The translations under genes and the position numbers were made by a program. Positions 63,330 through 64,000 of a DNA stretch of 64,000 bases are shown in pieces (position 1 is the stretch's first letter; each line of letters begins with the position of its first letter). The DNA comes from a phage. The notes under the pieces are model-generated. The model was not told where the DNA came from. It did no database searches and saw only the letters and a list, made by a program, of their open reading frames with translations. Where the stretch lies: sequence record PZ386958.1. One strand, given 5' to 3'.

Positions 63330-64000
63330 ATGGGTATTGTAAAAATCATCAATGGGGATATCTTCTCCGCATTTGATAAAGGTAAGTTTGATATCATTGG
63401 TCACGGTTGCAACTGTATGAACTTAATGGGTTCAGGTATCGCTGACAAGATTTCTAAACTTTACCCAAAAGTGTATGATACTGACACAGAAGTTTACCTG
63501 TTTGCAGGCGGCATTCGTCACAAACCCTGTGAAAATTTACTAGGTAATTTATCTGTAGCACGTTTAAAACAAGGTCGTATAGCTAACCTTTACACCCAAC
63601 TTCATACTGGTAAAGATGCCCGATATAGTGCTTTAGAGTCATCTTTGAAACAGCTTAACAGATACTGTGAAGTCAATCAGTTGAAGAAAGTCGGGTTACC
63701 TATGATTGGTGCAGGCATCGGTGGGCTAGACCCTCAAGCCGTCACAGTTATCATTAATCAAGTGATGAAGAGTGTAGATGTGTATCTGTATGTCTATGAA
63801 GGAGAGATGTACCACAAGTTACGCTCAGGTTGGAAGAACTACTGTGAACCAGAATACTTTGCAGGTGTAGTAACGTTCACAGACAATACAGTTACCCTCT
63901 TCAGACGAAGAAAAGGTAAGATACATCAAAGTAACCCTCCGGTTGAAAAGATGTCTCTTAGTAACGCTCTAGTTACCCACCTGTCGAAGAGCAATCACAG
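63330..64000 (+). CDS. macro-domain-like protein (ADP-ribose binding/hydrolase fold), 3' end beyond window
   Basis: ATG at 63330; open through the window end (not in ORF track); VKIINGDIF ... FDIIGHGCNCMNLMGSGIADKI ... GLPMIGAGIGGLDP resembles macro-domain glycine-rich loops. Confidence 0.5.
   Translation, partial: MGIVKIINGDIFSAFDKGKFDIIGHGCNCMNLMGSGIADKISKLYPKVYDTDTEVYLFAGGIRHKPCENLLGNLSVARLKQGRIANLYTQLHTGKDARYSALESSLKQLNRYCEVNQLKKVGLPMIGAGIGGLDPQAVTVIINQVMKSVDVYLYVYEGEMYHKLRSGWKNYCEPEYFAGVVTFTDNTVTLFRRRKGKIHQSNPPVEKMSLSNALVTHLSKSNH

Overview
This window is a densely coded, AT-rich stretch of a virulent tailed-phage genome with no integrase or host flanks. Positions 1-23.5 kb (+ strand) hold a morphogenesis block: large terminase, portal, S49-type prohead protease/scaffold, capsid, a contractile-tail-like set (sheath/tube candidates, tape measure, baseplate) and two related tail fibers. 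Positions 23.5-32.1 kb (- strand) hold thymidylate synthase, DHFR, an HTH regulator, a secreted protein, ATP-dependent DNA ligase and a family A DNA polymerase. Positions 32.3-64 kb (+ strand) hold a T7-like replisome (dNMP kinase, primase-helicase, gp2.5-like SSB, 5'-3' exonuclease), aerobic and anaerobic ribonucleotide reductases, a Prs-like plus Nampt-like NAD module, rIIA/rIIB, Dam methylase, a ParB-like protein, a spanin-like pair and a partial macro-domain gene, with four free-standing homing-endonuclease-like genes interspersed. The strongest sequence-supported finding is a 268-nt ORF-less group I intron splitting the polymerase inside motif B. The best candidates for accessory or anti-defence functions are the Prs-like/Nampt-like pair, the small-ORF operon ending in a macro-domain gene, and the Dam/ParB-like pair. 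All protein calls rest on motifs read by eye and on gene order; no database search was run.
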